NCBI GenBank assembly: GCA_964106915.2
Contig: OZ066923.1
Length of the DNA stretch: 64,000 bases
DNA from: Podarcis gaigeae
Lineage: Eukaryota
Direction: 5' to 3' (one strand)
The stretch's first letter is position 1, and the number at the start of each line of letters is the position of its first letter. A model generated the notes under the pieces. That model did no database searches and was not told where the DNA came from. It worked only from the letters and a program-made list of their open reading frames with translations. Shown here one piece after another: positions 1 through 13,000 of this stretch. Both the position numbers and the translations under genes were made by a program.

Positions 1-630
1 CTGGAAAGAAGGAAGTGTTGTGGGCTTCTCTGCACAAGTGTCCTCCTGGCTGGTTGGGGCGAGGATGAGAAAAGTTGGTAATTTCTAACTATTTTAACAT
101 GCATTTGTTTTGCATTCCAAAGGAGGCAACTGTAGGGTTTCTCTTTAGGACATTTTCGCATACAACACAAAGGACATTCTGGCTCAGAACTGATGTAACA
201 CTAAGCCATAGCAAACATATGGAGGCAACTTCACTTCTTCCCCAGTCTTGCTGGTGCTGTGCTACCCACGGCTAAGCCATGGTTTGTCTTAGCATTACAG
301 CCAAACAGTGAGCCAAGAACAAACAGGCTTTACAGATCATGGTTTGTCTGGAGTGAGACAAACCATGAGGATGGGCATAACACTAAGCCAAACCAAAGTG
401 TCAGTGGGCCAGTTTTGAATCAGATCTTCATTGCAGACAGTGTAGTCACTTAGAGTTACTTCAAAGTACAGATGTTTATAATGATAACTTTGAACCTTAC
501 ACATGAAAACTGCTTTAAAAAAGTCTTACTGAGCTCAGTCGTTGGGTGTGCATAATGGGCTGGTTTGTATGTCACATTAAACCATGGTTTAGTGCTAACT
601 CTGTCCAATAAAAACACTGGACTTGTTGTA

Positions 631-860
631 CAGTGGTACCTCGGGTTACAAACTTAATTCGTTCCGGAGGCCCGTTCGTAACCCAAAACCGTTCTTAACC
701 TGAGGTGCGCTTTTGCTAATGGGGCCTCGCGCTGCTGCTGCCGCTGCCTTGGCCTTGTGATTTCTGTTCTCATCCTGGGGCAGAGTTCGCAACCCAGAGC
801 AACTACTTCTGGGTTAGCAGAGTTTGTAACCCAAAGCGTTTGTAACCCGAGGTACCACTG
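631..860. mobile_element. Tc1/mariner (Tigger-like) MITE
   Basis: TIR CAGTGGTACCTCGGGTTACAAAC; TA TSD. Confidence 0.88.
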
Positions 861-2156
861 TATGCTTTCTCCCTCCTCTCTTCTTCCATATGTCCAGGAG
901 GGGGACTTCTAATGAGTCTACTTTCAGTTTCAAATAAACTTGGCTTAGTGTCATGTTTCAGAAAACAAAAATGTCCAGTTCTCACAAAAGGCAAGCAAAT
1001 ATTGGGCCAGCTCAGTAGGATGGCAGGTAAGGTAAACATTCAATATATGCTACCAGCAAGTGGGTATTATTGTAAGGAAGTAGGGACAGAGCAGGAGGAT
1101 TTCATACCTTTGTGAGCAAAGAATGTGGCAGGGAGAAGATTTTGTAGTGTTTCTTAATGAGATGAAGTCATATTTTATACCATGTGAGTTTCATAGAAAG
1201 CTTATGAATAAGAAACAGTTGTCCCATTGCTTTTCAATCCCAGGAAATTATTTAGACTTAAATATCCCATTGTTCAGAGCACTTATCTTTATTTATCGGC
1301 TCTCCAAGGACGCTTGCTCTGTTCTGTAGTTTCCTGTGAAACCAACAACCAGAGACAAGCAGGAAATTCTGGCTTCTATTGAGCTGGTGGGTCAGGTTCT
1401 TTTTTTTAAAAAAAAAGGCTGTCATTTTAACTGCAATTTTTGGTTTTTACTGTAGCTGCTTTATTCCCTTCTGTCCTCTTGCTTCAGTACCCTGGATAAC
1501 TTGACACTAAATCCTTTGTGTGGGGATCCTGTGCCTCTAATTTGTTGACCTTATGATATTTAAACATTATTAAGAGTTGACAAAAGGGCCCGTGTGCCCT
1601 TTCATTTCCCATCAAGTAGAGGCTGCCGCATGGTATCAACAACTTGCCTTGTGCATGGTTGGCATCCCACCCCCACCCCCCGCGAAATGTGAGTCATCTT
1701 TCAATCTGAGTACAGCTCTTGATGCTGATAAAGAATACTGGGCTCCTGTTGTTATTGTGGCAGCAGCATCTTCATTGAGCACCTAACCAGTGGTTGTGGC
1801 AGCACTTTGCTCGGTTTAATAAAATGAAAAATGCATCATGAGGATTATAGTGTAGAGCTGGAGGGTGCTGGAACAATCTGGGGCGGGGGGCAATAGTAGG
1901 CTCAGGTGCAATTGGAGGGCATTGAATAAAAAGGAAACATGAAGAAGAGAGTTTTGAAAAACCGTTCGTACATGTTTCATCTGTTGTGTAATGACGCTTA
2001 TTGCCAGGTCGGGTGCCTTTGTGGATTTGACAGTCATGGTGGAGGTTAGAGGTTTTCCTGGGCTTGGCCTCGGCTTCACCCAGGCCTGGGAAGTGGATCA
2101 TAGCTTGCCTGCCTACTTGGCCAATGGCAAATTGTGTAGGACCTAAGTAGAAATAT

Positions 2157-2522
2157 GGGGACGCGGGTGGCGCTGTGGGTAAAAGCCTCAGCGTCTAGGG
2201 CTTGCCGATCGAAAGGTCGGCGGTTCGAATCCCCGCAGCGGGGTGCGCTCCTGCTGCTTGGTCCCAGCGCCTGCCAACCTAGCAGTTCGAAAGCACCTCC
2301 GGGTGCAAGTAGATAAATAGGGACCGCTTACCAGCGGGAAGGTAAACGGCGTTTCCGTGTGCTGCGCTGGCTCGCCAGATGCAGCTTTGTCACGCTGGCC
2401 ACGTGACCCGGAAGTGTCTCCGGACAGCGCTGGCCCCCGGCCTCTTGAGTGAGATGGGCGCACCAACCCCAGAGTCTGTCAAGACTGGCCCATACGGGCA
2501 GGGGTACCTTTACCTTTACCTT
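2157..2522 (+). mobile_element. Sauria SINE, full length
   Basis: tRNA-like head GGGACGCGGGTGGCGCTGTGGG with B box GGTTCGAATCC; (ACCTTT)n tail; TSD TAAGTAGAAATAT. Confidence 0.9.
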
Positions 2523-3049
2523 TAAGTAGAAATATAGATACATAAAAGAACAGAAATTTATCACTGCATCTTTCTGTTTGTTCACTTAAAGAAGGTAGAT
2601 TTCCAGGGGGACGCGGAGTATTTTTCTTTATTTCTGAAAAGGGGCTAGTAAGCCAAATAAGTTGGAGAAACTCTGGTGTAGAGCATCAGCGGCAGAGCAT
2701 CTGCACTGCAGGCCAAAAGTTCCAGGTTCAATCCTCGGTGTCTCCAGGTAGGCCTAGGAATGTCCCATGTCTGGATTGCCACTGCCTGTAAGTGCAGACG
2801 CCACTGAGTTAGACCAATAACTCTTCACTCTATAAAAGGCAACTTTCTGTGTTCCTTCCTAGGTCATCCAGAGGGGTGGCAAAGCTTGCTAGTAACAAAG
2901 GCTTTTACAAGAGGAGAGAGAATGGGGATTAGTCTTTTGTTTAGGTGATGGTCTCCTGTCTCTTGATAATTGACAGTAGTGACAGCTCTAGGAGTTTGGG
3001 GGATTGGTCGTGGACAATATGACCTCAGGTAGAGTAGTGTGTCCAGATA

Positions 3050-3290
3050 CAGTGCTACCTCTGTTTAAGAACAGTCCTGTTTATGAACGATTTGGTTTAC
3101 GAACTCCCCAAAACCGCAAGTAGTGTCCCGGTTTGAGAACTTTACCTCGGTCTAAGAACAGAATCCGAACAGTGGAAGGGCACCAGCGATGGGAGGCCTC
3201 ATTAGGGAAGGCATGCCTCGGTTTAAGAATGGTTTCGGTTTAAGAACGGACTTTCAGAATGGATTAAGTTCGTAAACTGAGGTACCACTC
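3050..3290. mobile_element. Tc1/mariner (Tigger-like) MITE, diverged subfamily
   Basis: cagtgctacctc ... gaggtaccact termini; same internal layout. Confidence 0.78.
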
Positions 3291-4049
3291 CATTGCCGTT
3301 ATGCTTCTCCTTGTTTTTGCCACATGCTGGAAGAAGGCATGTGAACAAGCAGCAGCAACCCGGAAGTGGGGGAGCAGGGCCAGCGTGCTCTGGGGGTTGG
3401 CAGTAGGACCCCTGATGCGAAGTGGGCCTAAGCCAGGTGCCCAGTGGTGCCAACTTCTACCCCTGACCCTGGTGGACAATGTTGGCTGTGTGATTGTGAA
3501 ACAGTGGAAAGCTTGTATGCATATTGAAAAAGCAATGTTGCGATTAACTCACGCGTCTCTACCATAGTTATTGTTACAGGATAAAAACCTAAATAACATA
3601 GCTAGTTTCACTGATGTAACAACAACAACAACAAAAATCTGCAGTGTTGATGCTTTTACCTTTGTTAGTTTAAAACCCCAGATGCGATGAAATTATAAGC
3701 GAATAAACGAATTGTGCAATCTGCTCTGCTGCACAGCAACAGAGCCTACTTTCTCTGGAGCAAGATCTATAGCAGCATCACATCTCATCCGTTTCCTCTG
3801 GCATTGCAAGATGGCTTCCTGCACTAAGTAAGCCTTCAGTGCCACTGCTGATGAGGTCTGAAATTCCATATCCTTTGGAAGCTGCTTCTTTTTTTGGGGG
3901 GGGGGGGTCAGGACACCACCAACCCATAGCCCCTTATGTTCCATGTAAAGGTTCATTGCAAATCACTGTCCTGCCACCTGTCCAACACTGGAGTGGTTTT
4001 TGCATTTGGCAAAATAATCTTGCAAGGCAGATTTAGCATTTTCGGTGAG

Positions 4050-4382
4050 CAGGGGTGCCAACTAAAGGGGCGGAAGGGGCTTTGGCCCCCTCAATATTTG
4101 TGGGCAGGGGGCCGAGCCCCCCCAATATTGAGGGGACTCCAATCAGATTGGCCTCCTATCAGCAAACACTCCCTCCATACTCCATACTCCATATGCCCCC
4201 AAAGGGAAGCGGAGGGTGATTTTTATTCTCTGTGCTCTCCAGCCCCTGCTGCTGGCAGGGCACAATGGGGACCTTTGTGGGGGATGCCTGGTTCGTACCC
4301 CCCCTCAGATTGTGCATGGCGTGCATATGATATCATGTGATGCTGGGCCCCCTCAAATGTGAGGGGCAAGATGGCACCCATG
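4050..4382. mobile_element. hAT-like non-autonomous element
   Basis: CAGGGGTGCCA / TGGCACCCATG termini; imperfect 8-bp TSD TCGGTGAG/CTGGTGAG. Confidence 0.6.
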
Positions 4383-4576
4383 CTGGTGAGCAACTGGGCA
4401 AGGCTGCAGTAGTGTGCCTTAGTGCACACTAGTTTCTGCTGATGTTACAACGAGGAAATTTGCTGCATATTCTGTACTTGCACATCCTTTCAAAGACGAC
4501 AATAATGGGCTGCACCCAGACTAACTTAAAGTCAATGGGACAAGCTAATCACAACTTACGTTCCATTGCTTTCAGT

Positions 4577-4776
4577 NNNNNNNNNNNNNNNNNNNNNNNN
4601 NNNNNNNNNNNNNNNNNNNNNNNNNNNNNNNNNNNNNNNNNNNNNNNNNNNNNNNNNNNNNNNNNNNNNNNNNNNNNNNNNNNNNNNNNNNNNNNNNNNN
4701 NNNNNNNNNNNNNNNNNNNNNNNNNNNNNNNNNNNNNNNNNNNNNNNNNNNNNNNNNNNNNNNNNNNNNNNNNNNN
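4577..4776. other. Assembly gap (200 N)
   Basis: Run of N. Confidence 0.99.
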
Positions 4777-5144
4777 TGGCATGAGCAGCTGATACAGTAA
4801 TGCAATATATATATAAATCTGGGGTGGGGAATGATAGAAAAATGACAGGGAAATGGGACAAAATGCATCATATCAAGTGCTGGCAAAAATACGAAGTGTG
4901 TGATTACTGTTCATATTATATTACTAGAGGGTGCCCCCCCCCCCGTTCACTCTGCTTGCCAATCTACCTCTCCCCTCTCCATGCCTGTTTCCCTTCCAGA
5001 CCAGACCAGTGCCTCCCATCCTCCTCCTTCTGAGATGACCCAGGTGCATTCCTGTAATGGCCAGTTTCCAAGTTGGTTCAGAAACTTCAGCTGGTCCTGA
5101 ATTCAGTGGGCAGTTGCGCACTGGGGCAAGATGGTTTGAGCATA

Positions 5145-5372
5145 CAGTGGTACCTCGGGTTAAGAACTTAATTCGTTCTGGAGGTCCGTTCTTAACCTGA
5201 AACTCTTCTTAACCTGAAGCACTTTAGCTAATGGGGCCTCCTGTTGCCGCTGCGTGATTTCTGTTCTCATTCTGAAGCAAAGTTCTTAACCTAAGGTACT
5301 ATTTCTGGGTTAGCGGAATCTGTAACCTGAAGCGTCTGTAACCTGAAGCATCTGTAACCCAAGGTACCACTG
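5145..5372. mobile_element. Tc1/mariner (Tigger-like) MITE
   Basis: TIR CAGTGGTACCT; TA TSD. Confidence 0.88.
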
Positions 5373-5399
5373 TATAATATCAAGCCTGGCTTGGCTACA

Positions 5400-5807
5400 C
5401 TGGTGGGCCCAATTCCAAATCCTTAAATGGCTCAGGAACGCAATACCTAAAGGACTGCCTCTCCCCATATGAACAGACTCAGACCCTGCAATCATTATCT
5501 GAGGCTTTTGTTTGTGTGCCTCCTCCAAGAGAGGCCCAGAGGATGGCAACACGACAATGGCATTTTCTGCAGTGGCTCCCCTCCTGTAGAGTGCTCTTCC
5601 CAAGGAAGCCCGCCAGGTGCCTTCATTACATATCCTTAGGTGCCAGTCAAAAACATTCCTCTTCTCCCAGGCCTTTGGCTAATTAAGCAATGGATGGCCT
5701 TTAAAGCTGTGTTTTTGTTTTGCGTTATTATGGTATGTATTTTTATATTGTAAGCCTCCCTGTGATCTTTGAATGAAGGGTGGTGTAGAAATTTAATAAA
5801 TAATAAT
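5400..5807 (+). mobile_element. L2-type LINE 3' end, degenerate
   Basis: Decayed LNG.G.QYLKD.L.PY...AFSAVAP.L...LP.E.R coding remnant followed by an AATAAAT/AAT tail. Confidence 0.65.
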
Positions 5808-6681
5808 GCTAGGGGGTTTTGGAAGGAGGGAAACAAGTCACAAGCCCAAGTTCAGATCTAATGCGAAGCTTAGCTATGGTTAACATAGCAGCAACAGGAC
5901 CAGGGGAGGAGCAAACCAGCTGCAATTTTCTAAGTGCATCAACACACTTGGTCATCTGCATTAATTCAGGGTTTGACTTAGCATTGCATGTGAACTGCAG
6001 GCAGCTCCATTACTGGAACTCAAGGACTGTCTCCAGGATTTGGAGAATATATTCCATGTGCTTAGTTGAGACAAGGGCAAATCAAGGGCTTGTACAGGCA
6101 GTAATTTTTTTATGGCCGCTGCAAATTGCTTCCTCCTTAGTACTACCGTGGCATTAGCCATCTTCTTGCAATAATAATGTGATGACTGGACAAAGGTAAC
6201 GGACAAGGGTAATAGCTGTGCTGTGGAGGAAGAAGCCAGTTTGCTCCATTAAAAAAAAGGGGGGAAAGTTCCCCAAAAGGAATATGTATGCTGTAGTTCA
6301 AGAGCAGGAGAGCACTCATATTTCATAGAACAGTTGATTGATTTTTTAGGAAAAAATATTGAGATGATGAAACATAGCTGTAGGAGTGAGAAGCTTTGTC
6401 CTTTTCATCCAGGGATATATGAGCGCTCATTCCTCCTGCTGAAACGAGAATTAGTAAATCATAAGCTAATAGTGAGAATAGTAAGAAAGAGAAAGCAAAA
6501 ACCTTACAGTTGCAATGTATTTTTTGCCGTCATGCCCTCGTTCCTTTGATAGTATTGAGCAGAACCAATTTAAAGCAACCAAGGATTGTTCAAAGCCAAT
6601 CCTTGGAACAAATCAAAATGTTAGGGTTACTTAGAGTGCACTAAGTAATTTAAGGGCACCTTCAGACATCCTTTTTAAGTA

Positions 6682-7035
6682 CAGTGGTGCCTCGCAAGAC
6701 GAAAAGAATCCGTTCCGCGATTCTCTTCGTCTAGCGGTTTTTTCGTCTTGCGAAACAAGCCCATTGACAGCTCAGCGGATTAGCGCTACAGCGGTCTAGC
6801 GGCTTCTAGAGATCAGCTGTTAAGCGGCTTATCAGCGGATCAGCTGTTAAGCGGCTTAGCGGCTTAGGAAAAGGGGGGGGAGCAAAAAAAAACCCGCGGG
6901 AACTCACAAGATTTTTTCATCTTGCGAAGCAACCCCATAGGGAAATTCGTTTTGCGAGGCGCCTCCAAAACGGAAAACCCTTTCGTCTAGCGGGTTTTCC
7001 GTCTTGCGAGGTGTTCGTCTTGCGGGGCACCACTG
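6682..7035. mobile_element. Tc1/mariner MITE, CAGTGGTGCCTCGCAAGACG subfamily
   Basis: TIRs and TA TSD; internal short tandem AGCGG/GATCAGCTGTTAAGCGGCTT repeats. Confidence 0.85.
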
Positions 7036-10000
7036 TACATAAGAAGAGCCCTGCTGGATGAGGCCAATGGCCCCTCTAGCCCAGCGTCCTGTTCTCACAA
7101 TGGCCAACCAGATGTCCATGGGAAGCTCAGAAGTGGGACCTGGACACAAGTACTCTCCCTTCCTGCGGGTTTCTAGCAGGTAGCATTCAAAAGCCTCTAA
7201 CAGTGGGGGGCAGAGTGTTGTGCATTCACAATATGCACTGTTTATGGTTTCAGGGTGGTTCTGTGTCATCCCTACAAATGTTTTGGGACGGTGACGCATC
7301 TTTCGTTTCCGTGTCCCGTAACTTCTTGCTGAAATCCTGTAGCTTTTTATATGTCCCAAATGTTCCAGTTTTATTGTTTTGTTTCACTTCCGTTGCGTTA
7401 TAGTACAAAAAAAAGTCTTCCGGATGAAAATAATATAACAACACTGGGGAAGGCTTGCAGAATACCTAATAAAGTAGAACGGTGTGTGGTTTAAATCCAC
7501 TCCCAATACACTGCTGTTGCTGTAGTGATGTGTTGCAGAATACACCTGAAAAATACTCTAGCCCTAAATGTATAAGTGAATGTCTGCCTCTCCTGTCTTA
7601 GGTCTGTCTAACTCCCCCTCTACCCAGCCATCAAACTGGAACAGTAAACAGCTTTCTATGTTACAGAGTCATAGACGTTTCCCCACCAGCCCGCAAATCC
7701 ACCCTAAATAAACTTAAAAATACTGTTCAACTTTCTACAGTAGAATCCCACACAAGCAGCGAGTGATTATGCTGTGTGCTCTCTAGAGAAAAACCCTTTG
7801 GGTTTTCCCCCTTTCGTGCTCACGACACTAAAAGAAATAATAAGCACCCTTCATCAGTCTGATGGGCTCTATTTATATACCAAGTCAGGAAGGAGGGGAG
7901 AGGTTGGAGAGCTCTCCCCCCCCCCATTTAGGATTTTGACTTTTTAATTAGATTTCCTCTCTCACAATCACCCAGCTGTCTGGGTTTGAGCCACAGATAA
8001 GTGAAGCTAGAGCTGATAGCAAGAGCAGCAGGATTGGGGGGGGGGGGAGGAAAATGAAGTAATTATTATTAGAAGAAGAGGACAATGCATTCATATGTTT
8101 ATATGCATATGTACAATTTTCTCAAATTAGGAGGGTTGGTTTAAAGCCCATGTTGGATTAAAGATGACTAATGCTAAACTATATTTTTGATCCCCATGTT
8201 TGACCCTCTGTTTTTCTTGTACACAGAAAGGGGAAGGGTTATGGCTCAGTGGTAGAGCATATGCTTTGCATGCAGAATGTCCCACTAGCATCTTCTGGTA
8301 GGACTGGGAAAGACCTCTGCCTATGGCTTAACTCTGTGTAGTGCACAGCAGCAGAGCAAGGGGAAGAGTGAAGTGATTTCTGATCCATGAATTCACATGC
8401 TTGCTTATTCACCAGTTGCCCATGCCATCCAAAACGAGCCATGTCTGAAACTCCAGAGAGCCACTGCCAATCACTGTAGACAATACTGAGCTGGATGGGC
8501 CAATGATCTGACTCGATATAAGGCAGCTTCCAATGTTCCTAAGGCCAAGGCACAGTCAAGGCCAGACATTTTCAGGGCCTGAGGCACTTCCCAAGTCATG
8601 GTGAAGGCTAGCCAAGTTATTCTGCACGTGATGTAGAAATCCCGCAAGCACCTCCTTCCATGCCTAGGAGTAAAGCCAAATTAGTCACAATTTGACACCC
8701 TTTTATGACACCCTAGATCAGCTGTCTGAGGCACTCACTCCACCTAATAGTGTTTAATTCATTTTTTTTACCTATTTGAAATATTTCTAACCTGCCCTAG
8801 ATCTCAAAGTGGGGTGCATATTTCATTTAAAACAGCATGCTGACACACACACATTATAATATTATCATTATATTATTTTATTTTACTGAATTTCTATACC
8901 ACCCATCATCCGACGATCACAGGGCAGTTTGCAATATAAAAACACAAAAATGCATAACATAACAACAACAAACAAAAACAATAACCCCCTCACACAGTTG
9001 TTATCATTTATTAAATTTCACACAGTAAACAAAACAAAGCAAAAAAAATCTGTCACACTCAAATGCCACAGGAAACAACCAGATTTTAACTTGGTGCCAA
9101 AACAAGGCCACAGGTGGCACCAGGTGATTCTCAGAGGAGAGTATGTTCCATAGCCATAACAGGTAACTGTGGTGTTCTGCTGGGGTAATGGGAGAGGAAG
9201 CGCGAGTGACTTGTGCTTCTTGTTTCTATGGGCTGTATCCAATGTTCTCTGGCTACTAGTGCAAAGGCAAGTTTTAAAGCTGCATAACAGAGAAATCCAA
9301 CGTAACAGCTGTGCTAGCAGAAACTTGCTGCTGAATATATCGTACTGTTGGGCGTGCAACAAAATTTCTAGCAACCTGCTTATGCATTCTCTTTATGCAA
9401 CAACACTCTGCTAGCACAAAATATGTGTAACACTTAAGCTACCAAGTGACTTTAACTTAATGCTGCATTAGATCCAACGCAAAAGAAAAGGGAAGATGCA
9501 GATATTCCCTGTACATCTTTCTACACTTCAGAGTCTGTGGGATATATACACATCTTTTCCCTTTAGATAGAACTCAGAAGTGTGAAGAAATACTACTTCC
9601 TCTGGTTCAGCTTCTGGAGTACATGCAAAGAGATTTGTCTTTTCCTGCTCCACGCACGCTTTCTAAATGCTATATCCAGGATCAGAGGCACCTCTGAATA
9701 TGTGTTGCTGTGGAACATGAGTGAGAGCTCCGCTGCCCTCCTTCTGGGTTTCCCATGGGTTGGCCATTGTGGAAAACAGGTTACTGCATTTTATAGGCCT
9801 TCAGTGAGAGGCAGCAAGACTCTATTTACGTTCCTAAGCTGCAAGTTAGTTAGACTTTCTCCATAACTACAAATGCAGGGTGTTGACATCTGTTCATTAC
9901 TTTACTAGTCTGTCCAGTAAAATCATGTGCTGGCTGATAAAACAGTGTTTGGATCTCACACAAGAGAGCAAACCTTAGAACTCGGCTGATAAAAAGAGTT

Positions 10001-13000
10001 TGTTTGTTTCACGTGTATCCTGCCTGTCTCCCATCATGGAATACAAAGAGGTTATCAGAGGTCTTGAAGGGCACCAGTTTTCTCTTGGGAATCAGCCATT
10101 CCGGGAAGGTCCCTGAACCATGATGAAATTGTGAGAAAACACACACGGTTTCTGCCAAAATATTTTGACCCCAGAATAAATCTATTGATGGCTGAAATCT
10201 CTTGCCTGCTTTTTTGCTTTTTTATTTTTGCAAGCTCTGAAAAGATGCCATTGTCAGCTTTTCCTCCCCTGGTATCTGGGATTATGAATTTTTAATTATT
10301 ATGTTTTCATTCTATCCAAAAGTGCTTTCTTGTGACCAGCAGGATTAAAGGCCAGAAGACAGGTTTGCTCTAGGAGGGTAAACAAAATCAGGATAATGTT
10401 TCCTGCATAGCTTTTTTCCAGACACCTCTTTTCTTCTCCTAGGGTGGTAAAGGTTTCCATGGTTCTGATGTAGTTACAGTGTAATTAGAGCTAACCAGCT
10501 GCCTGTGAAATAACCAAGTGTGTTTATCTATGCAATCGGAAACAAGGCATTTTAACGGGTAAATCATAAACAGATGGGCATGCTGCCCTGTGGGGTTTGA
10601 AAAGGGGAGAGGATGACGTGGGAGGAGGAAACTCTTGCAGGATGGGCACAAATCATGGATCTTACGATCTCACTTGGAGTCAAATCCCAGTGTGATGTTT
10701 TGCACCATGGATGTCTGAAACTGTTCTGCATGAATGGTCATCTATACAGCTCAACTACAAATAACCTCCTAAACCACAATGGGCAGAATGTGGCAACAAT
10801 CCTCATGAAAGGATGTGAAAGCAGATTCATACAGGAAAGGGGATGTGCAAAGTTTAGCTTCCTAGGAGGGAGAGTTTTGACAATTTACTTGCCTTCTATC
10901 AAACCTTTTTGGAAGAAAGTTCTATTGAAGTTAAAGGCCCAATTTGGATGAACACTTAAGCAAACCTTCCCCAACCAGGGGCCCTCCAGATATTTTGGAT
11001 GACACCTCCCACCAGCCCATCAAGCAATGTCAATGTTCAGAGATGATGAAAGTTGTAGTCTAAATTGTAGAATGCTGATCTAAATCACAGTGAAGCCTTG
11101 GACTTGGTCTGATGCTCTTTCCCTTTCCCTCTCTTTCTCTTTGGTGCATGAGACAAGGATACCAACAGATTCTGTTTTCACTTTAGAACAAACCAGAGTT
11201 TCAGGTTACACCCAATTTAGGGAACTTTGGTTTGTCCTAACCAAAGCCATGGTTTCAGTTCCTGCACATTTTAAGTAATGTCAGGTTAAACAAATCACAG
11301 TTCTTCAAATTCAGATGTACTCCAAAAATAGGGGTTCTTCTAAGTGAAAGCAGAAGTTTTCAGAGTCTTCCTGTGCAGAAATGGTGATGGAGATTGGAAA
11401 GGCCATGGCTCAATGCACTTCATTCCCAATCATGCCAATGAATACATGCATTCAGGAGTAGCTTCTTCATCTTGCATGCCTAAAGCATGGTTCCTGGAAC
11501 TATCTAGGCTGAACTGAAGTCAGCAGTTTCAAATTCACAACCTAACTTCCAGCCTTTCATGGTCTAAAGCTTAAATCATACAACCCGAGGGAATCCCGTT
11601 CTTACAAACCCAGGGTCTGAAGTCAATCTCCAATGCTTTAAGCACTTGATGTAGGCAATTCTGCTTTTCGCCTTGTGTAAGACAGAGATAATGTGTACGT
11701 TATAGTTCCTAACGACATGAGCATGGAGAAGACTATTAATTATATTCATCTCTATCAAATGCGTCTAAGCACCTCAGACAAAAGGTGCTATACAAAAGTG
11801 AAGTGGCATTATAAAATGCTGTAAAACTATAAGTTGCCACAGAAATGCTTGATACAGAATTATGAAAATGAAGTTTCCCCTTGTCAATGTAAATAATAAT
11901 TATTCTCTGTGGTGGGGAGTTCTTGATTTTATTTCTGTTATTATGATTACTTGCCTTAATTCCCAGGAAATCTAATCTGGATGTATTGACATACTTGCCC
12001 AATGGAAGAGAAAAATTGCTATGCTTGCTGTAGATAACTATTTACAAATACCTATGGGAGGGCCCCACAGCTCAGCCTTGGAAGGAATGCGTACTTTGCA
12101 TGTGTTGGGTCCTAGGCTCAATCCCGGGCTGCTTTTCTCTGTTACAGTCGCATTTTATGATCCTTCCTATGGGGAACCTAATGATGAAGTAAGCTGCTAC
12201 GGTGTCACAGCTCAGAAAAAACCTTTTGAGGTTATTGTTGAAATACACATTTTCCTGTAGTCTGTAAATATAGAATGTGACTTGCATATGTTTTACTGCC
12301 GCACTACATTTCCCTTCAAAAGTAACAAAAGGTTTTCAAAATTCAGCACATGCCAGTGGTGGGATCCAGTTATGAAACATGACAGCTTGGTGTCAGGTTG
12401 AGAGGCACAAACTGCAGTTCCTTCAATTGCATTCTGTACTCATCAGCATTCAGTACTCGCGGCTGTGTGGAACAGCGAGACCCTCAGTGGCAGGGGCGTC
12501 TCTGTGCCCCACATCTCACTACTGAAGCTGATGGGGGAAGCCTGGGCACATGAGAATTATCACAGTGCCTCAGGTCCAGAATGGAATTGGATGTCGTGAT
12601 CTGGCCAGAACAATAAATGGGCAGTCAGGGCCTGGGGATGGCCCAAACCATGTCTAAATGAAGAAGACCCCTGCTGGATTAGGCCAAAGACCCACCCATC
12701 CTGTTCTCACATTGAGAACCCTCCCAGCAGGACCTGAGTGCAACAGCACTCTCCCCTCTTGTGGTTGCCAGCAGCTGGTATCCAGAAGCATTTCCTACCT
12801 ACATCTATGGAGACAAAGCATAGTTGTTGTGGCTGGCAGCCACTGGCAGCCTTCTCCTCCATGAATTTCATCCAGTCCTCTTTTATAGCCATCCTTTACA
12901 AATTCTCCTGTGGGAGGTCGATGTGGCTTAGCAGGTGGAAACAACCACCCACTTTGGTCCCCTTCCCTCTCCTGTTGCCCCTTCAAAGCCAGACTTCCAA

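Noticed and set aside
2157-2240. tRNA genes at SINE heads (also 21373, 36873, 61815)
   Set aside because: A and B boxes continue into SINE bodies with tails and TSDs, and there is no complete cloverleaf.
4442-4886. ORFs of 72-116 aa spanning the first N run (likewise 53004-53610)
   Set aside because: Artefacts of translating assembly gaps.
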